Shown here: piece by piece, positions 28,259 to 37,472 of the stretch
Numbering within the stretch: the first letter of the stretch is position 1
How the letters are laid out: every line of letters begins with the position of its first letter
Assembly: GCA_965203905.1 (NCBI GenBank)
Contig: CBDBDQ010000005.1
Location: forward strand, 4,288,001-4,352,000
Source: Spirochaetia bacterium
GTDB lineage: Bacteria; Spirochaetota; Spirochaetia; SZUA-6; Bin103
DNA length: 64,000 bases
Direction of reading: 5' to 3'
Notes under the pieces: generated by a model
Databases searched by the model: none
Seen by the model: the letters and a program-made list of their open reading frames with translations, nothing else
What the model was told of the DNA's origin: nothing
Made by a program: the position numbers and the translations under genes

Positions 28259-29599
28259 CTACGCTCCAGCCTGGGCCACGCGCGACGTGCCCTCGTACTC
28301 GATGCGGGCGCCGAGCGCGCTGTAGGTCTCGAAGATGGTGGGATAGCGGCGCCGCAGCAGGTCGACGCCGTGGATTACCGTCTCCGCGTCGTCGGCGAGC
28401 GCCGCAAGAAAGATCGCCTTGGTGCCCTGGATGATGTAGGGGGCCGCGATCTCGCCGCCGCGGAAGGTGATCGCCGGCTCGCGCACCATCACCCGCTGTG
28501 GATCCGAGATCAGGATCTCGGCGCCCAGGTACTTGAGTTCGCGCACGTAGTCGAAGCCCGACTCGTACATCCAGTTCTGAAACAGGATGGCGCCGTGGGT
28601 CTTGCAGGCAAGGGTTACCATCACCGGCAGCACGTCCACGGGAAACCCCGGCCACGGCCGCACCGCCAGCTTCGGCAGGTCGCGGCCGGCCTGGGGCAGG
28701 AACTCCGCGTGCACCTGCAGGCGCTCGGGTGCCGCCACCAGGAGGTCGTCGCCAGCGTGTTCCAACTCGATCCCGAAGGCACGAAACCAGTTCGCCATGC
28801 CGTTCACCAGGGTCGGGACGTTGCCGCCGAGGATGGTAAGCCGGCCGCCGGTGACCGCCGTCGCGACCACGCTGCCGGCAAGGTCCACGTAGTCGGGTCC
28901 GGCCCGAAACTCGGCGCCCGCGAGCGGCCGGCCGGAACCGCGAACGGTCACGCAGTTGGTGCCTTCCCCCTCCACTTCCACGCCCATGCGCCGCAGCAGG
29001 CGCAGCACGTCGATCACGTGGGGCTCGCAGGCGGCATCCCTGATGGTGACTGAGAAGCCGCTGCCGGCGGCGTAGAGCGCGAGATCGAGGGTGGCGGACA
29101 CGCTCGCCTCGACCAGCCAGATGTCGTAGTGGTCGGCATGGGTCCGGGGCGCCGCGAGCGACACCGAAGAGTCACGCTGCTGCACGGCGACATCCAGCTT
29201 GCGGAACCCGTCCAGGTGCGTGGTGACGCCGCGGAAGCCGAGGTCGCACCCACCCGGCAAGGGCATCTCCACGCTGCCGAAGCGCGTCAGCAACGGACCA
29301 GTGAGAGAAAACGCGCCGCGCAACCGCCGCCCCATGGCGGGGTCGATGGTCTGCGCCCGGATCTCCGTCGGATCCACGTGCACGTTGCCCGGGCCGCTGG
29401 AGGTCACCTTGGCGCCGAGACGAGTGAGTATCTCCAGGTAGGTGTGGACATCAAGGGTATCGGGAAGGTCGCGGAACAGGATGCCCTCGCCGGCGAGGGC
29501 CGCCGCCGGCAGGGCGCCCATCAGGGCGTTCTTGTTGGCGATGGGGGTTACCTCGCCGTGCAGGGGGACGCCCCCCTTGATGCGGAAGGTGCCGTTCAC
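28259..29599 (-). CDS. murA: Divergent UDP-N-acetylglucosamine 1-carboxyvinyltransferase (MurA) homologue
   Basis: KNA, PGGCDLGFR (Cys115/Arg120), ACEPHV, WPGFPVD; start uncertain (GTG 29599). Confidence 0.8.
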   Translation of the reverse strand: MNGTFRIKGGVPLHGEVTPIANKNALMGALPAAALAGEGILFRDLPDTLDVHTYLEILTRLGAKVTSSGPGNVHVDPTEIRAQTIDPAMGRRLRGAFSLTGPLLTRFGSVEMPLPGGCDLGFRGVTTHLDGFRKLDVAVQQRDSSVSLAAPRTHADHYDIWLVEASVSATLDLALYAAGSGFSVTIRDAACEPHVIDVLRLLRRMGVEVEGEGTNCVTVRGSGRPLAGAEFRAGPDYVDLAGSVVATAVTGGRLTILGGNVPTLVNGMANWFRAFGIELEHAGDDLLVAAPERLQVHAEFLPQAGRDLPKLAVRPWPGFPVDVLPVMVTLACKTHGAILFQNWMYESGFDYVRELKYLGAEILISDPQRVMVREPAITFRGGEIAAPYIIQGTKAIFLAALADDAETVIHGVDLLRRRYPTIFETYSALGARIEYEGTSRVAQAGA

Positions 29600-29644
29600 C
29601 GTGGTCTGCTCATGCCGCGATGATACCCTGAAACGCGCGCCCCG

Positions 29645-30664
29645 TCAGACGCGCCGGGGCGTGCCGGTCGCGCCCGGAACCGGCACCGTGCCGCCGTTCG
29701 CCAGCGACTGCATGGCTGCCTCTGCCAGCACCAGCGCGCGGCGGCCGTCCTCGAACGTCACCGACGGTTCGCGGCCGGTTTCCACCGCGTCGATGAAGTC
29801 TTCCAGCTCGGCGCGGTAGGCCGCGTCGTAGCGCTCGATGAAGAATCGCTGCAGGGCCGCGGGGGCACCGGCGCTGGTGGCGGTGTAGAGCCTGGCCTGG
29901 TCGTTGGGATGGTTCTCGGAGCGGGCCATGCCCGCGCTGCCGTGGACCTCCAGCCGCTGGTCGTAGCCGTACACGGCGCGCCGGGAACAGTTGATGTGAC
30001 ACTGCACGCCCGACGCCGTGGTCATCAGCACCATCGCCGTGTCCACGTCACCGAGGGCGGCGATCTCCGGGGTGATATGCACGCTGCCAATCGCGGTGAT
30101 CGAGACCGGCTCCTCGGCGAGCACGAAGCGCGCCAGGTCGAAGTCGTGGATCATCATGTCGCGAAACAGTCCGCCCGAGACCCGCACGTAGGACAGCGGC
30201 GGCGGCTCGGGGTCGCGACTGGAGATGATCACCTGCTCCAAGGAGCCGATCGTGCCTTCCGCGACCAGGTCCCGCACCCGCCGGTGGGAGGCGTCGTAGC
30301 GGCGATTGAACCCGATCTGGATCGGCACCCCGCAACCCTGCACTGCGTCCCAGCAGTGCGCGACCCGTTGCAGGCTCAGATCGATCGGCTTCTCGCAGAA
30401 CACCGCCTTGCCGGCGCGGGCGGCGGCGATGATCAGATCGACGTGGGTATCGGTGGACGACGCTATCAGCGCCGCATCCACGCCGGCGTTCAGGGCCGCA
30501 TCCACGTCGCTCACCGCCTGCGCGCCGTGCCGTTCCGCGACCGCGGCCGCCGCGCTCGCGAGCGGATCGTGTACGGACACCAGGCGGGCATCGGGCGAGG
30601 CCGCGAGGTTGGCTGCGTGCATGGCGCCAATGCGTCCCGCGCCAAAGAGGGCAAACCGAATCAC
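29645..30664 (-). CDS. iolG: Inositol 2-dehydrogenase family oxidoreductase
   Basis: GAGRIG, STDTH, FCEKPID, GFNRRYD, SGGLFRDMMIHDFD, YGYDQRLEVHG. Confidence 0.88.
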   Translation of the reverse strand: MIRFALFGAGRIGAMHAANLAASPDARLVSVHDPLASAAAAVAERHGAQAVSDVDAALNAGVDAALIASSTDTHVDLIIAAARAGKAVFCEKPIDLSLQRVAHCWDAVQGCGVPIQIGFNRRYDASHRRVRDLVAEGTIGSLEQVIISSRDPEPPPLSYVRVSGGLFRDMMIHDFDLARFVLAEEPVSITAIGSVHITPEIAALGDVDTAMVLMTTASGVQCHINCSRRAVYGYDQRLEVHGSAGMARSENHPNDQARLYTATSAGAPAALQRFFIERYDAAYRAELEDFIDAVETGREPSVTFEDGRRALVLAEAAMQSLANGGTVPVPGATGTPRRV

Positions 30665-30780
30665 CCCATCATGGTACCCGGACCATCCCCGCTGCGCGAG
30701 CGCCCGAAACCACTGCCCGAGGCGGCGCTTTTCGCCCATCGCGGTAGCCGACACCCAGTGCGACCGGGTAAGGTACCGCC

Positions 30781-31500
30781 GTGGCCGCAAACAACGACAA
30801 ACCGCTGACGATACTCGCCTGTTTCCCCCACGCCGACGACGAGATGGGAGTGCTCGGAACCCTCCTCAATCACCTGTCGCGCGGGGACCGCGTGGTGCTG
30901 GCCTGGGCCACCCGCGGCGAGATGACCTCCCTGTTCGGCGACAAGCCGATGGATGAGATCGTGGCCGAGCGCAAGCGCCACACCGAGGAAGTGGCGCGCA
31001 TCGTCGGCTGCGAGATCCGGCAACTGGCGTTCCCGGACGCCCACATCGGCCGCTCCCACGAGGAGGCGCTGGAGCTGGCACGGCTGGTGGCCGACGTGCG
31101 GCCGGATGCCATCGTCACCTGGAACTTCCTGCGCGGCCACCCCGATCACCGCAATCTCGGGATGCTGATGCAGGATGCGGTCACGTACGCGCGCCTGCCG
31201 CGCATGGTGGCACCGTTAAAGGCGCACCGGCCGCCGCAGCTTGCGTTCTTCGCCTACTACGACGAGGCGAGCCCCTATCCGCCGTTCTACGTGGACGTGA
31301 CCCCGCACATGGACAAGATCGCCGAGGTGATGGATCTGTATGCCAAGGTCTACGATTGGAAGAACGCGGCCGAGAACCTGCGCCGGCGGCGCGCCGGGGT
31401 AGGCGATGAGTGCGGCGTGGACTACGCGGAGAAGTTCAACGTGATCGCCGGCCCGCAGTCCGCCGCCACCTATCTGCTCACCCGATCCGACTCCAGGTAA
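30781..31500 (+). CDS. PIG-L/LmbE family N-deacetylase
   Basis: PHADDE, TRGE, GHPDH metal motifs. Confidence 0.88.
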   Translation: MAANNDKPLTILACFPHADDEMGVLGTLLNHLSRGDRVVLAWATRGEMTSLFGDKPMDEIVAERKRHTEEVARIVGCEIRQLAFPDAHIGRSHEEALELARLVADVRPDAIVTWNFLRGHPDHRNLGMLMQDAVTYARLPRMVAPLKAHRPPQLAFFAYYDEASPYPPFYVDVTPHMDKIAEVMDLYAKVYDWKNAAENLRRRRAGVGDECGVDYAEKFNVIAGPQSAATYLLTRSDSR

Positions 31501-31946
31501 GCCTTCATCGCGGCCTTGTCCTTGGCGATGGCCTGCTTGAAGGAACCGAGCGCCATCCTGCCCATCAACTTGGCGATGATGCCCGGCACGTCGATCTCGG
31601 CATTCAGCTCGAGGCAGGTCGTCCCCGGGCCGCCGGCGCCTTCGGTCAGGCGGTAGCGGAAGTGGTAGGCCCCCTTGCGGCTGGAGCCCTGGGAGCCGTC
31701 GACGTACAGGGAGATGCCATGCGGCGGATCGGCGGCGGTAACCTCGAACACCTCCCGGCCCTCCCGACCCATGACGCGGCGCGCCTCGCGCCAGCGGGTT
31801 CCGGGCGCGAACGGCCCCTCGGTGAGCCGCTCGATATGCACCAGCCCGCTCATCCAGGCGCCGTAGCCTTCCAGATCGGTCAGGCACTCGTACACCCGCT
31901 CCGGCGGAGCTGCAATCTCGGTGGTGGATGAGAACCGTACCGGCAC
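31470..31946 (-). CDS. SRPBCC/START (polyketide cyclase-like) family protein
   Basis: IAAPPERVY..LTD....AWM, GP...GTRW pattern; convergent overlap with deacetylase. Confidence 0.8.
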   Translation of the reverse strand: MPVRFSSTTEIAAPPERVYECLTDLEGYGAWMSGLVHIERLTEGPFAPGTRWREARRVMGREGREVFEVTAADPPHGISLYVDGSQGSSRKGAYHFRYRLTEGAGGPGTTCLELNAEIDVPGIIAKLMGRMALGSFKQAIAKDKAAMKAYLESDRVSR

Positions 31947-32049
31947 GTCCTGCTCCGGCGGCAGGCTGCCGCACGCCGCCGCCGCGTGTCAAACCGCGAC
32001 CTGCTGGCCCGTCGGCCGCCGCTGCGAGTCGCCATCCCCGCGGTCCGCT

Positions 32050-32886
32050 CTATTCCTTGAGCGAGCCCGCGGTGATTCCGCTTATGATCTTCCGGTGAAA
32101 GATGAAATAGAACAGCAACGGCGGGATGGTAGCCATGAACATCGCAGCCAGCATAGGCCCCCAGTCAGCGTTGTACGGACCGCGAAAGCTCATCAACCCG
32201 ACCGCAAGTGTCTTGGCGTGATTGTTCTTCATGATCACCAGAGAGAACAAGAATTCATTCCAGATACCGAGAAAGTTGATGATGAGTACGGTCGCTATCC
32301 CACCTAAAGATACCGGCATAACGATCCGACCAAATACTTGCAGATGGTTGCCTCCGTCGATCTTCGCAGCTTCCATGATCTCATTCGGAAACTGGCGGAA
32401 GTACGTTTGCAGGAGAAGAATCGAGAAGGGAAGAAAGAAGGCGACGTAGGGCAGGATGAGACCCCAGTAGTTGCTCAGTAGCTTGAGCTGCGCAATGAAG
32501 TAATAGAGTGGGATGATGAGCGCATGGACCGGGATCCCGAGCATCCCTACGAGTGCTATGAGAATGACGTTCTTGCCCGGACCGTTGAGCTTTGCCATCG
32601 CGTAACCGGCGAGGAGCGCGACCATGGTCAGTAGCGCGAGGGTGGTGAGCGTAACTATTGTGCTGTTCAGGAAGTAGACCGAAATCAGGATGCCGCGCTG
32701 ATTGAAGAGCCTCAGGTCATAGTTGTTCAGATAGAGAGAAGTCGGCGGAGCGAAAATACGCGACAATATGTCTGCCGTTGGTTTCAGTGTGGAAAGGGCA
32801 AGCCACACTACGGGATACAGTTGGAGAATGGCCCAAAGGATCAGCAGAGCATGTATGATGGTGTGTCCGACGCCGGATTTTCTCAA
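32050..32886 (-). CDS. Carbohydrate ABC permease (MalG-like)
   Basis: EIMEAAKIDG EAA loop, WNEFL, GITAGSLKE; TTG start overlapping upstream TGA. Confidence 0.88.
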   Translation of the reverse strand: MRKSGVGHTIIHALLILWAILQLYPVVWLALSTLKPTADILSRIFAPPTSLYLNNYDLRLFNQRGILISVYFLNSTIVTLTTLALLTMVALLAGYAMAKLNGPGKNVILIALVGMLGIPVHALIIPLYYFIAQLKLLSNYWGLILPYVAFFLPFSILLLQTYFRQFPNEIMEAAKIDGGNHLQVFGRIVMPVSLGGIATVLIINFLGIWNEFLFSLVIMKNNHAKTLAVGLMSFRGPYNADWGPMLAAMFMATIPPLLFYFIFHRKIISGITAGSLKE

Positions 32887-33791
32887 TTCGGTTCTGCTCG
32901 TCTGACTGTTCCTGCGTAGCCGGACACTCGTATGTAGATGAGCGAAAACACGAGCGCAACGAAGAACATGATGCTGGCGATGACTGAGCCATATCCGAAG
33001 CGAACCAAGCGGAACGCGTCCTTGTACAAGTGCGTGCCGAGTACCTCGGTGGCTCCTGCTGGCCCGCCCTGGGTCATGACCCACACCTGATCGAACACCT
33101 TGAAGCTGAAGATGAGCTGGAGCATGATAATGACGGAGAAAACGTGTCGGAGCAATGGAATGGTGATCGAGAATACCGTGCGCAGTCTGGTGGCGCCGTC
33201 GATCATCGCGGACTCGTAGAGTTGAGGGTTGATGCTCTGCATTCCGGCCAGCAGAAAGATCATCGTGAAACCCGAGTATTGCCACACCGCGGTAGCGATG
33301 ATGGCGGACATCGCGGTGGCCCCGTCTCCGAGCCATACTCGTTGCAGGTGTTCCAATCCAATGGCGGCCAGCAACGCGTTGAGTAATCCAAATGGATCCA
33401 GCACCTTCACCCATAGCAGGCCAGTAATGACAACGGAGATCGAGACCGTAAGGAAGAACAGAAACCGGTAGACCGCCCAGAACCGTATCTTGAAGTCTAT
33501 CAGGAGAGCGAGTACGAAGCCGATGCCCACCGTCCCCACGGTGGCAAAAAAAGAAAACAGCAACGAGTTCTTCAGCGCGGTCCAGAAGAACTCGTCCTTG
33601 GTAAACATTGTCGCGAAGTTCTTGAGACCGATAAAGGTGAGCTTTCCGTAACCCTTCCAGCGAAAGAAGGGTAGCACGAGAGACTGAATCATCGGGTAGA
33701 GGATGAACAAGCTGATGAACAGAAGCGCTGGCAACATGAAGCCATAGAACATCATGTACTCGCCGTAGTCCCGTTTCACGGTGCGTGCCAT
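32883..33791 (-). CDS. Carbohydrate ABC permease (MalF-like)
   Basis: FIGLKNF, LYESAMIDGA, FKVFD...MTQGGP. Confidence 0.9.
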   Translation of the reverse strand: MARTVKRDYGEYMMFYGFMLPALLFISLFILYPMIQSLVLPFFRWKGYGKLTFIGLKNFATMFTKDEFFWTALKNSLLFSFFATVGTVGIGFVLALLIDFKIRFWAVYRFLFFLTVSISVVITGLLWVKVLDPFGLLNALLAAIGLEHLQRVWLGDGATAMSAIIATAVWQYSGFTMIFLLAGMQSINPQLYESAMIDGATRLRTVFSITIPLLRHVFSVIIMLQLIFSFKVFDQVWVMTQGGPAGATEVLGTHLYKDAFRLVRFGYGSVIASIMFFVALVFSLIYIRVSGYAGTVRRAEPN

Positions 33792-33959
33792 CTGGTAGCG
33801 CCCGTACGCCGCCGCACTCTAATGAAGCATCGGTAGCGGACGCTGGACGGCGGCCGCTCCTGGCGCTGAGACTCGCTGCATCTGTTGTCACTAAGTCCCC
33901 GGCTACCGGCAGCCGATCGAGCTCTCCTGGGACGCGGCTGACGGCGCCGGAGGGTTACC

Positions 33960-35264
33960 TCATTCGAGCGAGCCGACCGCCGTCTGATACATCCTCTCGG
34001 CCGCCTCAGCCGGCGAGATATTACCCTCGAAGATACTGGCAATGGTGTCGTAGTAACCCTGCCGGTGCGGTGGGCTTTGCAAAGCATCGATGATCCCGAC
34101 GTCGCCGTGGGTCCTTACGTCTGCTATGATCCTGCGCACGATCGGATGCACGATTTCTGCGAAGTCGGAAGCGCTGACCGCAGTGTTGTCCGGGATCGCA
34201 CCCATCTCGTAGACGACGCGTGCGTACTCCTTTCCAAACGAGGTGTTCAAGAAGTCGATGATCACCGGCAGCTTGTTTTCGTCGACGTAACTCGGAATGA
34301 TCAGACCGTTGTAGCCTGCTGGTATCGATACGTTGCCGTTGATTGGCGGCAGGTTGAAGTAATCGTACTCAAGGTCGGGTGCTTCGCTGGTGAAGATACC
34401 CGGTGTCCAGCTTCCCGAATTGTAGATAGCCGAAGTGCCATCCACGAATAGCGTTCTAGCGGCCCCGTCATCCATCGCGTTGGCGCCCTTGACGAACACT
34501 TCTGCATCAATGAGTCGCTTGATGTAACCCCATGCTTCCACCGCTGCCGGGTGCCGAAAAACCTCGGCGGTAGCCGGGCTTCGATTCGGGTCTCGCTCCC
34601 AGTTCAAGAACTGTTCAAACTGAGCCATGGGCATCACACGGGCGAGAATATCGTTGAATATTCCCCCGATGGGCCAGCGCGTCAGTACTCCGGCGGACCA
34701 AGCCTCATATCCCGCCGACTTCAGCTTTGCCGCCAGCGTGAAGAGCTCGTCCATCGACTCCGGTGGTACCACACCCACTTGCTTGAAGGTGTCGGTCCGG
34801 TAGAAGTAATGGGGCACGGTAACCCAATCGGTGGTGAAATAGAAATTGCCGAGATCGTCTGTCTCGTAGATCTTGGCACCGACATTCTTCTTGTCGTACC
34901 AACCTTGTTCTTTGGTGATCTCGGTCAGATCGAGCAGCAGCCCGTCGCGCGCCCAGGTGTCGATGGCAGCTCCTCCCCAGTAGAAGGTCAGGTCGAGATC
35001 CTCTGCACCGCTCGCCAGCGCAGAGGTCATAACGTCCTGGATTGCCTGCGCCTCATGAGAGGTGATGTTGATCTTTACGTCCGGGTGTTCCGCTTCGTAT
35101 AGCGCCTTCCACTTCTGGTACATCTCGGTTTGCACGCCGGCCAGGCACCAGACGCTCAGCGTGGTCGGGCCGGATGCGTCTTCGGTGCCGGCAGCAGGAA
35201 GGAATGTAGCGACCAGGCAGAGTGTCAGCGCCAGCAGCGCCGACCGGACTGGCTTGCTATTCAT
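33960..35264 (-). CDS. Carbohydrate ABC substrate-binding protein
   Basis: Signal peptide from ATG 35264 (GAGGAG RBS), YEAEHPDVKI, GLLLDLT, PPESMDEL, SGSW. Confidence 0.88.
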   Translation of the reverse strand: MNSKPVRSALLALTLCLVATFLPAAGTEDASGPTTLSVWCLAGVQTEMYQKWKALYEAEHPDVKINITSHEAQAIQDVMTSALASGAEDLDLTFYWGGAAIDTWARDGLLLDLTEITKEQGWYDKKNVGAKIYETDDLGNFYFTTDWVTVPHYFYRTDTFKQVGVVPPESMDELFTLAAKLKSAGYEAWSAGVLTRWPIGGIFNDILARVMPMAQFEQFLNWERDPNRSPATAEVFRHPAAVEAWGYIKRLIDAEVFVKGANAMDDGAARTLFVDGTSAIYNSGSWTPGIFTSEAPDLEYDYFNLPPINGNVSIPAGYNGLIIPSYVDENKLPVIIDFLNTSFGKEYARVVYEMGAIPDNTAVSASDFAEIVHPIVRRIIADVRTHGDVGIIDALQSPPHRQGYYDTIASIFEGNISPAEAAERMYQTAVGSLE

Positions 35265-35317
35265 GCAGTTCTCCTCTGGGGTGACATTGCGGGTGGGGCC
35301 CATAGGCCCGATTACGC

Positions 35318-35346
35318 ACTCTATCGCGCCGCTTCCGGGCCGTCAA
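35318..35346 (-). promoter_or_regulatory. Sigma70 promoter for the sugar ABC operon
   Basis: Minus strand TTGACG-17 nt-TAGAGT. Confidence 0.7.
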
Positions 35347-35348
35347 GC

Positions 35349-35400
35349 TACGCGACGTTACGCGACGTGACGTGAGTGATCGTGAGTGAGGCAACGTGAG
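35349..35400. repeat. Degenerate 10-bp-period tandem repeat upstream of the -35 box
   Basis: cgcgacgtta cgcgacgtga cgtgagtgat cgtgagtgag, then a further cgtgag. Confidence 0.6.
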
Positions 35401-35502
35401 GGCAAGGACAGTGCCTGCAGGACCGCAGTGCAGCAAGCGCATCGCGTGTGCGGGCAAGAGCGCCTTTGATAGATCGGCTGGAGTCCGCGGGAGCGGCCAA
35501 TG

Positions 35503-35531
35503 CTGACGCGGCCGCATGGATATGCTATATT
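35503..35531 (+). promoter_or_regulatory. Probable tRNA promoter
   Basis: CTGACG-17 nt-TATATT with extended TG, 16 nt upstream of the tRNA. Confidence 0.55.
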
Positions 35532-35547
35532 TGTTGGCGTTCCTCTC

Positions 35548-35618
35548 TGCCCGATGGTGTAACGGTAGCACGACAGACTCTGGATCTGTTCGTCGGGGTT
35601 CGAATCCCTGTCGGGCAG
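35548..35618 (+). tRNA. tRNA-Gln (anticodon CTG)
   Basis: Acceptor stem TGCCCGA/TCGGGCA, D arm TGGTGTAACGGTAGCAC, anticodon arm ACAGA-CTCTGGA-TCTGT, T loop GGTTCGAATCC; CCA not encoded. Confidence 0.97.
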
Positions 35619-35700
35619 CATTTGATTGCTGCATAAATAATTACGTCAGATCTGGCGATTCACGAGGCATGCTAGGCGTTCACGCGCCTGACCGTGCGAC

Positions 35701-36651
35701 TCACTTGGTTACTTGCAGATCGGCCGAGACGACGCAGTGGTCCGGGTGGGCACCGTGCCGGGGCCATTCACGGGTCGAATCCGGGACCAGCAGGGCTGCG
35801 GCGGCAGCGTCGAGGACGATATGGTCGATGTGTTCCTCGAAGTCCGGATCGCACTGGTAGTCGATGTCCGCGGTCAGGAGATCCAGCGGGGATGAATCCG
35901 GCGAGAGTGCTCTCCAGGCCCAGTCGTCGCTGACGGCGAGGCGGCGGTTGAAGTCGCCAAGGATGCCGAAAGCGGTCCCCTCGTCCTCCCGGCGGTCGGC
36001 CCAGGCTCTGACCTCGTGAATCTGATTTCTCAGTGTGGTGCAGGTCAGCATGCGCGACTCGTTCGAGTCTTGTTCGGCCGACCAGCATCCGGACTTCAGG
36101 TGCAGGGACAGGAGTCGCAGTCGGCGGTCGCCGAAGGTGACGGTGATGTCCGTTCCCCAGCGATCGGAAGCCGGGTCGCCGAGGGATTGCAGGTCTTCGT
36201 TGCGCTGGTACACGATCTCCTTGCGGATGGCGAGACCGGTCGCCTGATGGTGCAGGTAGTTTCCCGGTATCCTCCAGCACTCGCGCGCCGCAGGTGTTTC
36301 GGGACGAGTGGACACCTCCACGTGCCAGTGGGTTGTGGGGAACACCCTGAGCGCTGCGTCGGCGTTTTCCACTTCCTGGAAGGCCACGACGTCCGGGGCG
36401 ATCTCCCGGATACGGTCGGCGATGGCATCGTAGTCTGCCTGCTCCCTGGGCACGCAGCCTGCCTCGTCGGTGTCGTTCAGGTGCTCCAGGTTCCAGGTGG
36501 CGATGCGCAGGTGCAGAGTTTCGAGCGAGTCTGGAACGATTCCCGGTCCCCGGCAGCCGGCAAGCAGCAACGGCACTCCGAGCAGCACGACCAGCGCGGC
36601 AACGGCGAGCTTCCTGTGCATGCTGCGTTCAGGTTGCGGGTCTTCACTCAT
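35701..36651 (-). CDS. Endonuclease/exonuclease/phosphatase family lipoprotein
   Basis: Lipobox LLAGC; ATWNLEHL, VAFQEV, LHLKSG, GDFNR, IDHI, DHC. Confidence 0.88.
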   Translation of the reverse strand: MSEDPQPERSMHRKLAVAALVVLLGVPLLLAGCRGPGIVPDSLETLHLRIATWNLEHLNDTDEAGCVPREQADYDAIADRIREIAPDVVAFQEVENADAALRVFPTTHWHVEVSTRPETPAARECWRIPGNYLHHQATGLAIRKEIVYQRNEDLQSLGDPASDRWGTDITVTFGDRRLRLLSLHLKSGCWSAEQDSNESRMLTCTTLRNQIHEVRAWADRREDEGTAFGILGDFNRRLAVSDDWAWRALSPDSSPLDLLTADIDYQCDPDFEEHIDHIVLDAAAAALLVPDSTREWPRHGAHPDHCVVSADLQVTK

Positions 36652-36964
36652 GGGTTACCTCCAGGCGTGTCGCCGTTCGAGGGCTGTTTGGCATAGGACA
36701 AGGATAGTGTCGAAGCGCACCGGGACACAATCAAACCTGTACACTGCGTACAGCTCGTTGGCCGCTGGCGGATGGGTGCGCGTAGTCCTGACTCGGTTGA
36801 TCGAGGACCATCTCGGATACAGCTCGACTTGTCGGGAGGTCGTCGATGCGTGTAACGGAGCGGCGCGGCTGCCGAGACGGTAGGTGCGCGGCGCCGGTGG
36901 CTGCGGCGGATCCGGCGCCCGGCGCACTTGGCGGCGCGTGCGGCTGCTGTATATGTTCGGTTGC

Positions 36965-37432
36965 ATGAGTGACACGGCGTTGCGGGAACATCTGGTGAAT
37001 CTGCTGCAGGGGCGTGGGGCGCACGTGCCGTTCGAGCGCGCGGTGGCGGAGATCCCGGAGCAGTACCGCGGGGTGGCGCCGACCGGAGCGGGTTTCTCTC
37101 CGTGGCAGCAACTGGAGCACTTGCGGCTGGCGCAGTGGGACATCCTGGAGTTCAGCCGTGACCCCGCCCACGTGTCGCCGACCTGGCCTGATGGCTATTG
37201 GCCGGCCTCGGTGTCGCCCCCGCCGGGCGCCTGGAAGAACAGCGTCGACGCATTCCTGGCCGACCGGACTGCGATGGTGGATCTGGTATCCGATCCGCAG
37301 GCTGACCTGTATCAGCCGTTCGCCCACGGCAGCGGTCAGAACCTGCTGCGCGAGGCGCTGGTGCTGGCCGACCACAACTCCTACCACGTCGGTCAGCTCG
37401 TGCTGCTTCGGCGCCTGCTGGGGTGTTGGTGA
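36965..37432 (+). CDS. DinB family protein
   Basis: AH..F, SPWQ.LEH.R.AQWDILEF, LREALVLADHNSYHVGQL. Confidence 0.88.
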   Translation: MSDTALREHLVNLLQGRGAHVPFERAVAEIPEQYRGVAPTGAGFSPWQQLEHLRLAQWDILEFSRDPAHVSPTWPDGYWPASVSPPPGAWKNSVDAFLADRTAMVDLVSDPQADLYQPFAHGSGQNLLREALVLADHNSYHVGQLVLLRRLLGCW

Positions 37433-37472
37433 CGGTGCCGGGTCTGCGCTTCGTGCGGGCCGCGAGGGCGCG

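Noticed and set aside
35548-36964. Genomic island with att duplication of the tRNA-Gln 3' end
   Set aside because: Only a 7-nt match (TGTCGGG near 36830) found by eye; no integrase
36652-36964. Possible small gene or ncRNA in this spacer (also 16110-16350 and 33792-33959)
   Set aside because: No convincing start/RBS, protein motif or recognisable RNA structure; would need an Rfam or tBLASTx search
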